DNA from: Candidatus Bathyarchaeota archaeon
GTDB lineage: Archaea; Thermoproteota; Bathyarchaeia; 40CM-2-53-6
Assembly (NCBI GenBank): GCA_963706285.1
Contig: CAVPLU010000004.1
Span: 192,001 to 256,000, forward strand
Direction: 5' to 3'
DNA: 64,000 nucleotides
The position numbers and the translations under genes were made by a program. Below, one piece after another: positions 28,858 through 39,823 of this stretch. The notes under the pieces are model-generated. The model had not been told where the DNA came from and did not search any database. It saw only the letters and a list, made by a program, of their open reading frames with translations. The stretch's first letter is position 1, and every line of letters begins with the position of its first letter.

Positions 28858-30093
28858 CTATTCGGATTTCTGCCTGCGAGCGGCCTCAACGAGCGCCCTG
28901 ACACCCGGTAGCTCCTCTCCTGCAAGGAATGTCAGCATCGCTCCTCCAGCCGTGCTCACGTGAGAAATACGCTTTTCCAGCCCGAGCACATTCGCGTAGC
29001 TTCCCATGTGTCCGCCACCAACAACTGAGTAGGCACCTTGCGCTGCCATCGCTTCAAGCGCAGTCTTGCTTCCAAGTTCGAAGCCCTTTTCCTCAAAGAC
29101 TCCTAGGGGGCCGCTTGAGACGACTGTCTTCGATCCTTTGATGATCTCCGCGTACTGACGGGATGTTTCTATTCCGATGTCACGAACCGCATCACCCTTT
29201 GTTCCCTGACCAACCGGAACGTCAACACGTTTGCCATCTCGTGAGAGAGCGAGGTCTTTCGGCAGAACAACCTTGTCCTTGTAGTCACTCAGAATTGCTC
29301 GTGCTTTGTCAAGCAGCGCTGGGGACTTCTCCAGTCCGCGATTTCCAGCGCCTCCGAAATCGATCCCTGATGCTCTGAGGAAGACGTTCGCTACTAATCC
29401 ACCAACTAAGACCTTGTCAGCTTTTCCGGTCTTGAGGATATTCTCAATTATCGGAAGCTTGTCTTCGACCTTTGCGCCCCCAATAACGTAGACACTCGGT
29501 CTCTGCGGACTATGATAGGCCTGTTTGAGAGCCTCCAATTCCTTGGCCATGAGCCTACCCGCTACTGCCTGAACCACCCGCGGGAGCCCAACGATCGATG
29601 CTTGAGTCCGGTGTGCGGTGGCGAAAGCGTCGTTCACATACACGTCAAGCAACGGCGCCAGCCGGCGGACCATAATGGTATCAGCAAGCTTGTCTGGTGC
29701 GGCCGAGATGTTCTCTTCGGAGCAGAGACGTAGGTTGTCGAGTACTAGTATCTCTCCGATCTTCAGATTCCTGATTTGCTGTCTCGCCTCCGGGCCTATT
29801 GTGTCCTCTACGAACCTGACGTGTTGTCCTACGTGTTTCTGCAGGAGTCTGGAGTGAGCTTCGAGTGAGGTGAAGTCCTCGTCCCCAGGTCGGCCTTGGT
29901 GAGATCCCATGACAACTCTTGCGTCCTTCAAGAACTCGAGCGTGTGACGCGCCATCCTGATGCGTGTGTCGTCAATGATCTGCTTGGTTGTAGGATCGAG
30001 TGGGGAGTTGATGTCTACCCTAACAAATACGGTCTTTCCTTTGGTTACAACATCGTCGAGTGTGAGAAAGCGAAAGTCGGAATCAGTGCTCAA
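28858..30093 (-). CDS. pgk: Phosphoglycerate kinase
   Basis: RVDINSP, SHQGRPG, NDAFATAHR, GGAKV, VGGGH, STAGGA. Confidence 0.96.
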   Translation of the reverse strand: MSTDSDFRFLTLDDVVTKGKTVFVRVDINSPLDPTTKQIIDDTRIRMARHTLEFLKDARVVMGSHQGRPGDEDFTSLEAHSRLLQKHVGQHVRFVEDTIGPEARQQIRNLKIGEILVLDNLRLCSEENISAAPDKLADTIMVRRLAPLLDVYVNDAFATAHRTQASIVGLPRVVQAVAGRLMAKELEALKQAYHSPQRPSVYVIGGAKVEDKLPIIENILKTGKADKVLVGGLVANVFLRASGIDFGGAGNRGLEKSPALLDKARAILSDYKDKVVLPKDLALSRDGKRVDVPVGQGTKGDAVRDIGIETSRQYAEIIKGSKTVVSSGPLGVFEEKGFELGSKTALEAMAAQGAYSVVGGGHMGSYANVLGLEKRISHVSTAGGAMLTFLAGEELPGVRALVEAARRQKSE

Positions 30094-30229
30094 TTTCTGA
30101 TCCCACTACTCATTGCCTGAACGCTCCTAACGTTGCCTTAAGTCTGTCGCACGACCGATCGTTCTGTGAGCACCAATTTGCCCCATCGGGCAAGGCTTAA
30201 TGTACGGAATGGCTCACCGTATCAGCGCC

Positions 30230-30340
30230 GCCGGGGTGGCTCAGCTGGTAGAGCGCCAGCAAGGGCCGGATTGGCGAGACTCATAATCTGGAGAGCATAG
30301 GGCCCAGAAGTCGGGGGTTCGATACCCCCTCCCGGCACCA
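30230..30340 (+). tRNA. tRNA-Met(CAT), elongator type, with two non-canonical introns (anticodon stem about 30/31 and variable loop about 44-46)
   Basis: GCCGGGG/TCCCGGC-A-CCA; excising about 19 nt and about 16 nt restores CCAGA-CTCATAA-TCTGG and a 5-nt variable loop; G1-C72 argues against initiator. Confidence 0.8.
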
Positions 30341-30393
30341 TTTGCACTAACCGGATAAAACGCAGGCACCTCCGGGTAGATCAGGCACAGAGG

Positions 30394-31092
30394 CTATTTG
30401 GATTCGAGTACCTTGACTCCTCCATCAATCAGGCCGATGTACACACGATCTGTCAAGTCCAAAAAGAGACCTGTCTCTACAAGGCCTGGAATCGATTTCA
30501 GCTGACCATCTAGCAGGTGGGCATCCTTTATCGGGCCAAAATCCACATCAATCACAAAGTTGCCGTTGTCTGTTGTAATCGGGTTGGATCCTTTGCTGCA
30601 CCTTAGCTCCGGCTTGCCGCCCAGTTCAGCGAGCCTTTTCGTGACGAGCCTATGTGCGAAGGGTATCACTTCTACCGGGAGCACCTGGCCGCTACCCAAC
30701 GTGTGAGTCAGTTTCCTCTCGTCAACAATCACTATCAGCCTCTTTGCGGCCGAGTCTACGATCTTCTCTCTCGTCAACGCGGCGCCTCTGCCTTTGATGA
30801 GATTCAACGTTTGTGATTCCACTTGGTCAGCTCCGTCCAGTGCAAGATCGATCTGGCTGACATCGTTGGGGCTCACAAACGTGAGGCCAGCCTTGGTGAT
30901 TGCTTCTTCGATCTGACGAGATGTTGGTACAAGTGTCAGTTCAAGCTCCGTGTTCTTGATCAACTTCGCAAGTTCGGGAACAAGAAGTTCGAGTGTAGTG
31001 CCGCTTCCTATTCCAAGGACGCGTACGTCTTGGATTTCCCCAAGCGCCTTTTCAACCGCTGCTCTTTTCGCCGCCTCGATCCAGCTCAACAA
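30394..31092 (-). CDS. rpiA: Ribose-5-phosphate isomerase A
   Basis: GIGSGTT, DGADQV, IKGRGAALTREKIV, TDNGNFVID. Confidence 0.95.
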   Translation of the reverse strand: MLSWIEAAKRAAVEKALGEIQDVRVLGIGSGTTLELLVPELAKLIKNTELELTLVPTSRQIEEAITKAGLTFVSPNDVSQIDLALDGADQVESQTLNLIKGRGAALTREKIVDSAAKRLIVIVDERKLTHTLGSGQVLPVEVIPFAHRLVTKRLAELGGKPELRCSKGSNPITTDNGNFVIDVDFGPIKDAHLLDGQLKSIPGLVETGLFLDLTDRVYIGLIDGGVKVLESK

Positions 31093-31854
31093 CTAGCCCT
31101 CTGATTCGATCTGTTCAAGGCGTTCCATGGCTTTGAGGACTTCTTCCCTAATTGCTTCGATCTTCTTCTCAGTCCTGATCTTGGCATCCCGAAGTCCGCT
31201 TCCCGTTGTCTTCAGATCCAGCTGAGGCGTTGTCTGAGCTGTTTCGATAGGGGTTACTGCTTCATGATCTGCTCTTGATCTCAGGATTGAGAGATTGCGT
31301 AGGCATGGGACCGGAGCGTAGATCTGCGAGCTTCTTGTCTATCTCGGTTAGCTTCTCGCGGAAACTGAGCAAGAGTTCTTTTCTTGCCGACTCCAGGTCA
31401 AATGTGTCCACAATCCGCTGATTGTCTGCAATTCTTGACTCGAGCGCTTTCAAATCCGAGGAATATTTGTCTAGAAGGCGATCGCGCTCGTCGCGGGTTA
31501 TGATCTCTTGTATCTCTGATTCATAGATAGTCGTGAGTGCGGTTCCAATGATCTCACGTTCCAGCTTGAGCACCTTCAGGATCTCACGAGAACGTGACGC
31601 GTCAGGCTCGTTGATTGTGTGTTCAATCTCGGGTTGGACTCTGCCGTCGTCGCCTCTGTAATATTTTGCCTTGGCTTCTTCCTCCAAAAGAGCAGAGACA
31701 CGAGGAAGGGAAGAAGCCGCGACGGCATCAAGCTGGTCACGGATCGCCCTCTTCTGAGACGCCTATGACAATGGAGTGCTATTATAAATCCGCTTGCCGT
31801 ATGCATGGTCATCTTCGGCGTTTCCGTCTGCAAATCTCTACGGATTGTCAACAT
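31093..31854 (-). CDS. Hypothetical coiled-coil protein, probably N-terminally anchored; frameshifted
   Basis: ORF 31262-31687 (LKLEREIIGTALTTIYE...) continues in another frame to IEAIREEVLKAMERLEQIESEG-stop abutting the rpiA start; 5-prime end uncertain. Confidence 0.55.
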
Positions 31855-31983
31855 TCGCTTGGAATATCTTGTGGTAATGAATCGCTCACTCCTTTATCTC
31901 CGATCACAACTGTCCGATGCTGATCGGATTGATGGAAGAGCCGAGAACCGAGACCAACCTGTCGCGAGAGGCTTGACCACGAG

Positions 31984-34099
31984 ATGAAAGATCCTATATG
32001 CGGAATGTATGTCGACGAGAATACGGCACGAGATAAAGAAGACCATCAGGGGAACGACATACTACTTCTGCAGCGAGAGCTGTCTCAGGCAATTTGAGAA
32101 GCCTGAGGTTGAACTGCGCAGACTCAAGACACTTTTCTCGATCGGCGCAATTCTGACAATCCCTACAATGATACTGACCTATGTTCTAGTCTTGCCGCAG
32201 GCTCTGAACAACTACTTGCTGCTTCTGCTAAGCGCGCCGGTTCAGTTCGGCGTGGGCTTGCGATTCTACAAAGGGACGTACGATGCATTGAGGAACCGCA
32301 TGGGGAACATGGATACGCTCATTGCAATAGGCACAAGCGCGGCTTGGGCCTACAGTTTCATCGTGACTGTGTATCCTTCAGTGTTTCCTTCTAACGCAGT
32401 ATATTTTGACACGGCTGCTTTGATCATAACGCTCGTCTTGCTCGGGAATACGCTCGAATACATGAGCAAAGGCAAGGCTTCCGAAGTCAGTCAGGAAGCT
32501 CTTGGATCTTCAATCCCGAACCGCACGGATCGTGCGCGACGGCAGGGAGGTCAGACATCCCTGTAGAAGAAGTCCAAGTTGGCGACCTGTTCCTTGTCCG
32601 ACCAGGTGAGAGAGTGCCTGTTGATGGGGTGGTCCTCGAAGGCCACACATCGATCGATCAATCGATGATCACTGGAGAGAGCATACCCGTCGAAAAGAAA
32701 GCAGGCGACCAGGTGATCGGAGGCACTATCAACAAAACCGGTTTCGTACGAGCCAGAGCAGAGAAAGTCGGAGCAGACACTGTCCTATCGCCAAGATTGT
32801 CCAGCTTGTGGAGGAGGCGCAGATGGCGAGAGCACCAATACAGAGACTGGCAGACAGGATATCCGGCTATTTCGTGCCTGCAGTGCTGACGATTGCGAGC
32901 ATCTCGGCGTTGATTTGGTATTTCATCGGCCAGATTGGACTGAACTTTGCCTTGCTGGCCTTCGTCTCGGTGGTCATAATTGCTTGTCCCTGTGCCCTCG
33001 GAATTGCGACACCGGCAGCAGTCATGGTTGGAACGGCCAAAGGAGCACAACAAGGGATTCTGATCAAGGGCGGCGAACATCTCGAAGCAGCACAAAAAGT
33101 GGACACTGTAGTATTCGACAAGACCGGGACCTTGACGAAGGGTGAACCCACCGTCACTGACGTCATTACCTTCGGCGGCTTCGCAAAAGACGATCGTGTT
33201 GCGGTATGCAGCGACTGCCGAGAAGAGGTCGGAGCATTCACTTGGAGAGGCAATTCACCGCGAAGCCCGCCGATTGCAGATACAGATTCCTGATCCTGAG
33301 TCCTTCGAAGCAATCCCAGGAATGGGTGTTAGGTGCCACTATGATGGACACGATATCAAGTTCGGAAATCTCACTGCTGATGTCGACCTCAGCTTTCACC
33401 GTACCTAGCGAGGTCGAGAACCAAATCTCCACTCTTGAGAACGAAGGCAAGACCGCAATGATTCTCTCAATCGACAACAACATTGCGGGCTTGATAGGAG
33501 TCGCAGATACCCTCAAAGAGCATTCTGCAGAAGCGATCCGGCAGCTTGAAGCGATGGGTATTCAAGTCGTCATGCTGACTGGGGACAACGAAAGAACGGC
33601 ACGCACAATCGCGAAGAAACTCGGAATTGAACGAGTACTATCGCAGGTGCTTCCTGATCAGAAGGAACGCGTCATCAGAGAGCTCCAACAGGGAGGGGAG
33701 GCGTGTCGCCATGGTCGGGGATGGAGTGAACGACGCTCCTGCACTGGCTGCAGCTGATGTCGGAATCGCCATCGGAAGCGGAACTGATGTCGCGGTTGAG
33801 ACTGGTGGGATAGTCCTGATTCGAGATGATCCGAGAGACGTGGTCACTGCGATCCGAGCTTGAGCAGGCGTACGTTGCAGAAGATCAAACAGAACCTCTT
33901 CTGGGCTTTTGCCTACAACACGATTCTGATACCTGTTGCGGCGGGAGCGCTTGTTCCGTTTCTCGGCGCGGGAATGTACGATTATTTGCCATTCCTTGCA
34001 GCGGGGGCGATGGCGTTTAGCTCAGTAACCGTGGTAGGCAACTCTCTTCTCCTGTCCAGATTCGATCCCACGTCGACTCGTGAAGAGCTCATGAATTGA
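31984..34099 (+). CDS. copA: Cu(I)-translocating P1B-type ATPase with N-terminal YHS domain; multiple frameshifts
   Basis: [12 protein letters not shown]...[52 protein letters not shown] spread over six or more frame segments. Confidence 0.9.
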
Positions 34100-34123
34100 C
34101 AGCGGAGCAGCTCCTCTGGCGTT

Positions 34124-34767
34124 TCAGTCTTTTCGTTCCAGCATGAGCTTTGTGATCTTTGTTCCGTATCTTTCCTTGTATTCGGTCAAGCACGGTTTGC
34201 AGCAGAAGTAGCGGTTTCTATCTCCGATCAGAAGTGTGACGGGGTCGCCATGTATTTCTTGTCCGCATGTGTCACAGGTGAGCTCTAACAAATTGGCCCG
34301 GGCGAATCGCAACGTTCGGTTCATCCTTGACAACCCGTGCCACCACATTGTAGGTGAGAGATGACACATTCGGTATCGACGAGATCGTCGATGCCAAGAA
34401 GTGTCTGAAGTTCATCCAGGCTGGCTGTGAACACCGTGAAGAGCACGTTGTGTTCGCCAGTCATTCCGTAGACGTTTCGTATCTCTGGCACCTTCGCCAG
34501 GGCATTGAGGACCTCATCAGCCTTACCGGGTTCTACCCTTGCTGTTGCGACCGCAAATAGTCCACTCGTTATCTTGGACGCGTCAATTATGGGCGCAATC
34601 TTCTTGATCAGACCCATATCCAACATTTTCCGCAGATGACTCTCGACAGTCGGCGTACTCACCCCGGCGGTGCGGGCGATATCTCTCAGGGAACGTCTAC
34701 CGTCTTCCGTAAGTGCGGTGAGAATGTGATAGTCTGTATCGTCTATTCGATTTGGCAAGACACACAC
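34124..34767 (-). CDS. Lrp/AsnC-type regulator with C-terminal TRASH metal-binding domain (CopR/CopT-like); frameshifted
   Basis: IDDTDYHILTALTEDGRRSLRDIA HTH + RAM, then CDTCG...YFCCKPC in the next frame; convergent with copA. Confidence 0.8.
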
Positions 34768-34902
34768 CAAGAATATGATTTGACAAGGGACATTAAAAGA
34801 GTTGTTAGAGCCATGCCCTGGACTCGACAGGATCAGGAAAACAAGCACTGGTCACCTTACTCCCGAGCGAGGCATGCTAGGGATAGGCTACGGCGGTCGG
34901 AA

Positions 34903-35707
34903 TCAGAGGCCCCAAGGGTTGGGTTGGGGCACCACGGCCATTATCGTTGAACTAAGCGCGACAACGGATATGACTGTGACGGCAATGAAACCAAGGTCAG
35001 CGTTGTGGAACCTCACATCTCTGAGGAAGGTCTTCTCAGCTCTTGACGAGAACCCGCGCGCCTCCAGGGCAATTGACCTCCTATAGGCTTCCTCTATCGC
35101 TCCCATCAGAAGTGGCGTGACAAGAGGAACGTATGTTTTGAGCCTCCGAACGATCCCGATACCTTCGAGTTGTAGTCCTCTCGACATTTGAGCCTGCTTC
35201 ACAGTTTGTAGTCTTGAGTCTATCGTAGGAACGATCTGGAATGCTGAGAAGAGTGGGTACGCGATTCTAAGTGGCAAGCCGAGCTTCTGCATTGAGGCCA
35301 TGAGATCTCCCGGACGGGTTGTCAGAGTGAGCAAGTATCCTCCACCGAAAATTGCCAAAAGGCGCGTCAGTAGGACAGCCGCAAAAACCAGTCCTTCACG
35401 TTTGAAATAGACCCATGGCAAGATGAAAAGAACGGGAGTCTTCCCAGCCGGATTGAAGAGCCCCTGAATAAGCAAGATCGGAATGAAGACTGGAAGAGAT
35501 ATCCTTCACTAGATTCTTGACGTAAACCGAGGCGACTCTTCCCACGGCAGATAGGATCACAGTGATACAGAACACCGCAAGACAGACAAGGATGCTATTG
35601 GAAACAACAGCCGGCAGCCCAATTGTGATCCACAGCGCAAGCTTGGTTCTGGGATCCAATCGATGGATCGGAGAGGAGCGCTGCACGAAAGTGAGTCGAA
35701 CAGACAA
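34903..35707 (-). CDS. ecfT: ECF transporter transmembrane T component; frameshifted
   Basis: SPIHRLDPRTKL, LTTRP, AQMSRG, ALEARGF. Confidence 0.9.
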
Positions 35708-35721
35708 TTGTGCTCTGTACT

Positions 35722-36329
35722 CTATGTTAGCGTCGTGTTGTCTTCACGAATTGAACTGGAACTCTCGTGTAGATCAGTCCACGCGATGAAGAACGTTATG
35801 ACCTTGTCCGAAATGTCCGAGATGAATTCTGCCGTCATGGATGCTGGGAAGACTTGCCAACCACCGGCCAAGAAGGCCGCGAAGATCGCGTCTACCCATG
35901 CTTTGCCTGTCGACCCGCCGTAAAGGTACACGTTAAGCGGCGTTGAGGTTAGGGTTGCCACGACTGCAAGAACCACGCTAATCGCGATCGTTCTGCCAAT
36001 CTGTGCTGGAAACTTGTATCTTTCCTGACGAACCCCAGCAACGCACATACGCCAGCTATGAGCCCAACTGCTGCATTGACTATTGCGTAAGGCAAGGCGA
36101 ATGGGTCGAACGTTACCCACTTGAAGACATTCGTGAGAATTCCTACGACTAACCCGTTGATGGGACCGATGATTATTCCCGCCAGCATAGAACCGAGCGT
36201 ATCAACCCAGATTGGCGTGCCCGCAGCTAGGTATGATGACGCGATGTTGATGCCGATCATTAGCGGGATCATGGCGATTCCGAAGGTGGAGAACTCTATC
36301 TTGAGTCTGGACGGTTTTGTTTCTGCCAT
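35722..36329 (-). CDS. ECF transporter S component, substrate unknown; frameshifted
   Basis: IPLMIGINI, PIWVDTLGSML...GP, GGSTG, DISDK over two frames; 3-prime end approximate. Confidence 0.8.
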
Positions 36330-36415
36330 CTCCTTCAGCCACGTGCCTAGGGTCCTATCGACTTGGATAATAATACTTACTCGGGACAAGACGCGCTACG
36401 TTGTCGCGAGCATGT

Positions 36416-37252
36416 TTAGCGAGTTAGCTCAACCATCTCCTCAACCGTCATGATGTCACGGCGAATCCCCAGATGTGAGAGGCTGATTGCCAATCGCGTG
36501 ACTTGCGGGGGCCGCACGCCTGACTGTTCAAGCGTTCCTGGATCGGACAGAATCCGTCTAGCTGATTCGTAGGCCGTTATCTCTCCATTGCACATCACAG
36601 CAACTCTCTCGCATTCTCTAGCAACAAATTCCATGTCGTGGGATATGATCACGACAGTCTTCCCGTCACGTTTTAGTTGTTCGAGAATCGAACCGAGTAG
36701 ACGTAACCCTCGGTAATCCTGTCCAGCGTTAGGCTCGTCCATTACCACAATATTCGGATCCATAGCGAGAACTGATGCGAGGCATAGCATCTTCCTTTGG
36801 CCATACGTCATGTTGTATGGGTGTTCCAATATGAAAGGCAACAGGCCAACCATGGACAGCGCGTTGTGTGTCGCACGTTCTATGCTTGCTTCATCCATAC
36901 CGATGTTCTTGGGCCCAAAGGCCACTTCCTCGATGACCGAGGACTCAAACAGCTGATCTTCAGGATTCTGAAAGACGTAACCCACCTCTCGAGCCATCTG
37001 ACTGGCAGACCTCTTCGAAGTGTCTATGCCAACCACGCTCACAGTCCCGGAAGTAGGTTTGAGGAGACTGTTCAAATGCTTTGCAAGCGTTGTCTTGCCA
37101 GCTCCATTCCTTCCTATGAGTGCCACAGTGCTCCCGGCCTCAATCTGGAGGTTCACATTCCTGAGCGCCTCGCGCCCGCTAGAATATTGATAGTGAAGAT
37201 TCTCAACGGAGACAGCCAATGGCACGTTACTCACCACAGAACTGTTTCTCAA
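36416..37252 (-). CDS. ecfA2: ECF transporter ATPase
   Basis: GRNGAGKTT, FQNPEDQLF, DEPNAGQD, SHDM. Confidence 0.9.
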   Translation of the reverse strand: MRNSSVVSNVPLAVSVENLHYQYSSGREALRNVNLQIEAGSTVALIGRNGAGKTTLAKHLNSLLKPTSGTVSVVGIDTSKRSASQMAREVGYVFQNPEDQLFESSVIEEVAFGPKNIGMDEASIERATHNALSMVGLLPFILEHPYNMTYGQRKMLCLASVLAMDPNIVVMDEPNAGQDYRGLRLLGSILEQLKRDGKTVVIISHDMEFVARECERVAVMCNGEITAYESARRILSDPGTLEQSGVRPPQVTRLAISLSHLGIRRDIMTVEEMVELTR

Positions 37253-38090
37253 TCATCTCGGCCGCCTGGGACTCGTCGAGAGGATAGTCACCTCTCCACA
37301 GACCCTTTTCGTCCAACAGACCAGCTACCTGAGCGACTTGGGTATGTCGAACGCCAAGTTTCTCTGCGAACCGAACCTTCCTTGAGAACTCCTGCGGGGA
37401 ATCTAGCGCAACAATCTTGCCGTTGTTGAGGATACAGATCCTACTTGCATATTGAACGAGTGTCTCAGGTTGATTAGAAACCAAGATCGTCGTCATGGCG
37501 TATCTCTCATGAACAGAGTGGACTGCTCTCATGACGGAGACGGCACCCTCTGGATCCAGTAGTTCAGTCGGTTCATCCAAAATCATGATCTGAGGTCGCA
37601 TGGCAATCGCAGTAGCGAGGGAGAGTCTCTGCTGTTCTCCACCGGACAACTCGAAAGGCGCCCTTGTCTCAAATCCCGACAAGCCGACTGCGTCAAGCGC
37701 TTCTGCGATCCTATCCACCATAGCTTCCCTTGGGACTCCTAGGTTCTGAAGTCCAAAAGCCACTTCCTCCTCGACCGTCATGGCTGAACCGGTCATCTGT
37801 GAACGAGGGTCCTGAAACACGATTCCAACGAAACCCGATAGCTCCGACACCTCGCTTTTCCCAGTGTCAAAGCCTTTCACGCTGACAGTCCCTCGCATGG
37901 TTCCTTCGATGACATGTGGGACAAGTCCATTCAGTGAATGACAGAGTGTTGACTTGCCCGCGCCTGAGGGGCCAGTAATCCCGACGAACTCGTTATCCAT
38001 CACTTCTATGGTGATTCCATCCAGTGCCCAATCAACCCGTGAAAGGTAGCGAAAAGCCAGGTCAGAGATTGTGATCGCAGCGGAGGCCAT
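37227..38090 (-). CDS. ecfA1: ECF transporter ATPase
   Basis: Probable start ATG 38090; GPSGAGKST, FQDP, LSGGEQQR, DEPT. Confidence 0.9.
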   Translation of the reverse strand: MASAAITISDLAFRYLSRVDWALDGITIEVMDNEFVGITGPSGAGKSTLCHSLNGLVPHVIEGTMRGTVSVKGFDTGKSEVSELSGFVGIVFQDPRSQMTGSAMTVEEEVAFGLQNLGVPREAMVDRIAEALDAVGLSGFETRAPFELSGGEQQRLSLATAIAMRPQIMILDEPTELLDPEGAVSVMRAVHSVHERYAMTTILVSNQPETLVQYASRICILNNGKIVALDSPQEFSRKVRFAEKLGVRHTQVAQVAGLLDEKGLWRGDYPLDESQAAEMIEKQFCGE

Positions 38091-38309
38091 CAGGCGAGTT
38101 CCCTTATACACTCTAAAATGTCTCTTACATAAAGCGGATTTTGGACTCAGCCTAGTATTGGCAGACATGTCGAATCGGGCGAACCGCACGAGCGGCTCGG
38201 CTAATCGCAAGTTATTAACTTGAGAACTCATTCCAATCACCGAGGCCAAGTTCGTGGCCGGTTCGGCGAGTAGGCCTCGGAGCCAAGTGGCGACGACTGG
38301 CAGGAGGGG

Positions 38310-38475
38310 TCTGGTCCTTGAGTTGTCCTTCGCAGCGATATACGCAGTGGCCGTTGTGGCGCTTGGCCCTATTAGTTATGCTGTGATCCAGATCCGCATT
38401 GCAGATGCCCTGATTCCGCTCTCCATTGTCTTTGGTCTCCCGGTGGTCTTAGACGTCACATTGGGAAACATCGCT
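38310..38475 (+). pseudogene. Truncated QueT-like ECF S component fragment
   Basis: FAAIYAVAVVALGPISYAVIQIRIADALIPL...TLGNIA resembles the QueT N-terminus; hydrophobic similarity ends after about 55 codons and the ORF runs antisense into the tRNA. Confidence 0.55.
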
Positions 38476-38572
38476 GAAAAGCGGCTGAGCGAATTAGCTC
38501 GAGAGGTCAATCAATTCAATCTCAAATCCAGAGCAGATCGCCATCAGATCAAGACGATTATCAGAGAGATTA

Positions 38573-38678
38573 TGGAGCCCCGGCCGAGGTTTGAACTCGG
38601 GACCCTTGCCTCTTCAGTCTTCGTTACCAAGGCAATGCTCTCGGCTGCAAAGCATCTACCAGGCTGAGCCACCGGGGC
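38573..38678 (-). tRNA. tRNA-Thr(GGT) with two introns (D-arm about 22/23, 16 nt; 37/38, 13 nt), CCA encoded
   Basis: GCCCCGG/CCGGGGC, U73; removing ATGCTTTGCAGCCGAG and ACGAAGACTGAAG gives TTGCC-TTGGTAA-GGCAA. Confidence 0.88.
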
Positions 38679-38926
38679 TGCGGTTCAGGTCAGGATGATC
38701 TTCTAATAAAGTTTCGATCAGGAGCGAACAGTTCACTTTCGCTGACACATCTATGCTAAGTTGCGGCTCTGAAATGACAAAAACATGATCATGTCCGTCA
38801 TCATCATCTGCCAATTGCTCAAGCAGAGATTTGTCTATTCGCCGCTCGTCAAACGCTTTTACCAAATGTTTAAGACTACTCTGCCATTCACGTTGGTCAA
38901 CGAATCATAAGGAGGAAGAATGAATA

Positions 38927-39781
38927 TTGGTTAAGCGATGTCCAACATGCGGATACAACAACAGAGACGATGCCGTCTTCTGCTCAAGCTGCGGCGGTTC
39001 ACTTGCTGCCGCTGGAGCACCAATGATGAAACCAGTGCCGTCAGTTCGTGTGGTAACTCCGGTCACGTCAGGCGCCCCAATGAGGGTTCCAGCACCAGGA
39101 ATGTGTTTCTACCACCCGAGCCTTCCAGCTGTGTACATATGCAACCGTTGTGGCAGAGCAATCTGCCGTGACGACTCGAAGTCCTACATGGACCTAGTCC
39201 TCTGCCCACAGTGCTACCAAGGAATTGTGCCGCCGATGGCTATGGCTCCCCAAGCACCACAATACGCGCCAGCACCACAATACGCGCCAGCACCACAGTA
39301 TGGACCAGCATACGCACCACCACAATTTGCGCCTGGACCACAATTTGCCGGACCGATGATGGGCCCTATGGGAGCTCCCATGATGGGAGCCGGACCTGCA
39401 AGGTCGCTATGGGCTTTCATACTCGCCTTGGTTTCAGGAATTCTTGTGCTGCTCAACGCGGGACTGCTGCTAGCGTGGCAATTCTACGGCGGAACATTCC
39501 TTTGGGCGAACATATTCTTCTGGATCTGCAACATTGACCGTTCCACAGGATGTCCACTGCCTTCAGGATCTACTGCGACTGGCACGATCACATTCGTGAT
39601 CGGAGCAATCATAGGCCTAATCATAATCGTCGGATCGATTATGATGATCCTAGGATACGGCACAATCGGCAGCCTCATCATTTTCCCGCTAGCCGTCTTC
39701 AGCCTGATCATAGGCGGCGGCTTCATCGCAGGCTTCGTACTAGGCATCATCGCCGGTATCATGGGCATGTTAGGGCGATAG
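38927..39781 (+). CDS. Zinc-ribbon + B-box-like zinc finger + P/Q/Y/M-rich linker + multi-TM membrane protein
   Basis: CPTCG...FCSSCG; CFYHP...CNRCGRAICRDD...CPQC; APQY repeats; 3-4 C-terminal TM helices; GGAGG SD. Confidence 0.85.
   Translation: MVKRCPTCGYNNRDDAVFCSSCGGSLAAAGAPMMKPVPSVRVVTPVTSGAPMRVPAPGMCFYHPSLPAVYICNRCGRAICRDDSKSYMDLVLCPQCYQGIVPPMAMAPQAPQYAPAPQYAPAPQYGPAYAPPQFAPGPQFAGPMMGPMGAPMMGAGPARSLWAFILALVSGILVLLNAGLLLAWQFYGGTFLWANIFFWICNIDRSTGCPLPSGSTATGTITFVIGAIIGLIIIVGSIMMILGYGTIGSLIIFPLAVFSLIIGGGFIAGFVLGIIAGIMGMLGR
39254..39307 (+). repeat. 18-nt in-frame tandem repeat x3 (APQYAP/APQYGP)
   Basis: gcaccacaatacgcgcca twice, then gcaccacagtatggacca. Confidence 0.9.
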
Positions 39782-39798
39782 TCCTTAAATCCCCCCAG

Positions 39799-39809
39799 TT
39801 TTTTTCTTT
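39799..39809 (+). terminator. Oligo-T archaeal terminator candidate
   Basis: TTTTTTTCTTT 17 nt after the stop of the B-box membrane gene. Confidence 0.5.
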
Positions 39810-39823
39810 AACTTAGTATCCGT

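Noticed and set aside
38476-38667. C-terminal half of ORF 38254-38667 as protein
   Set aside because: It loses QueT similarity and runs antisense through tRNA-Thr(GGT).
28523-38678. Genomic island bounded by two tRNA-Thr genes
   Set aside because: Both are complete, different isoacceptors; there is no integrase or att duplication, and the interval holds pgk, rpiA and tRNA-Met.
39254-39350. Short repeats as a CRISPR array
   Set aside because: In-frame coding repeats without spacers; I saw no CRISPR array or cas gene anywhere in the window.
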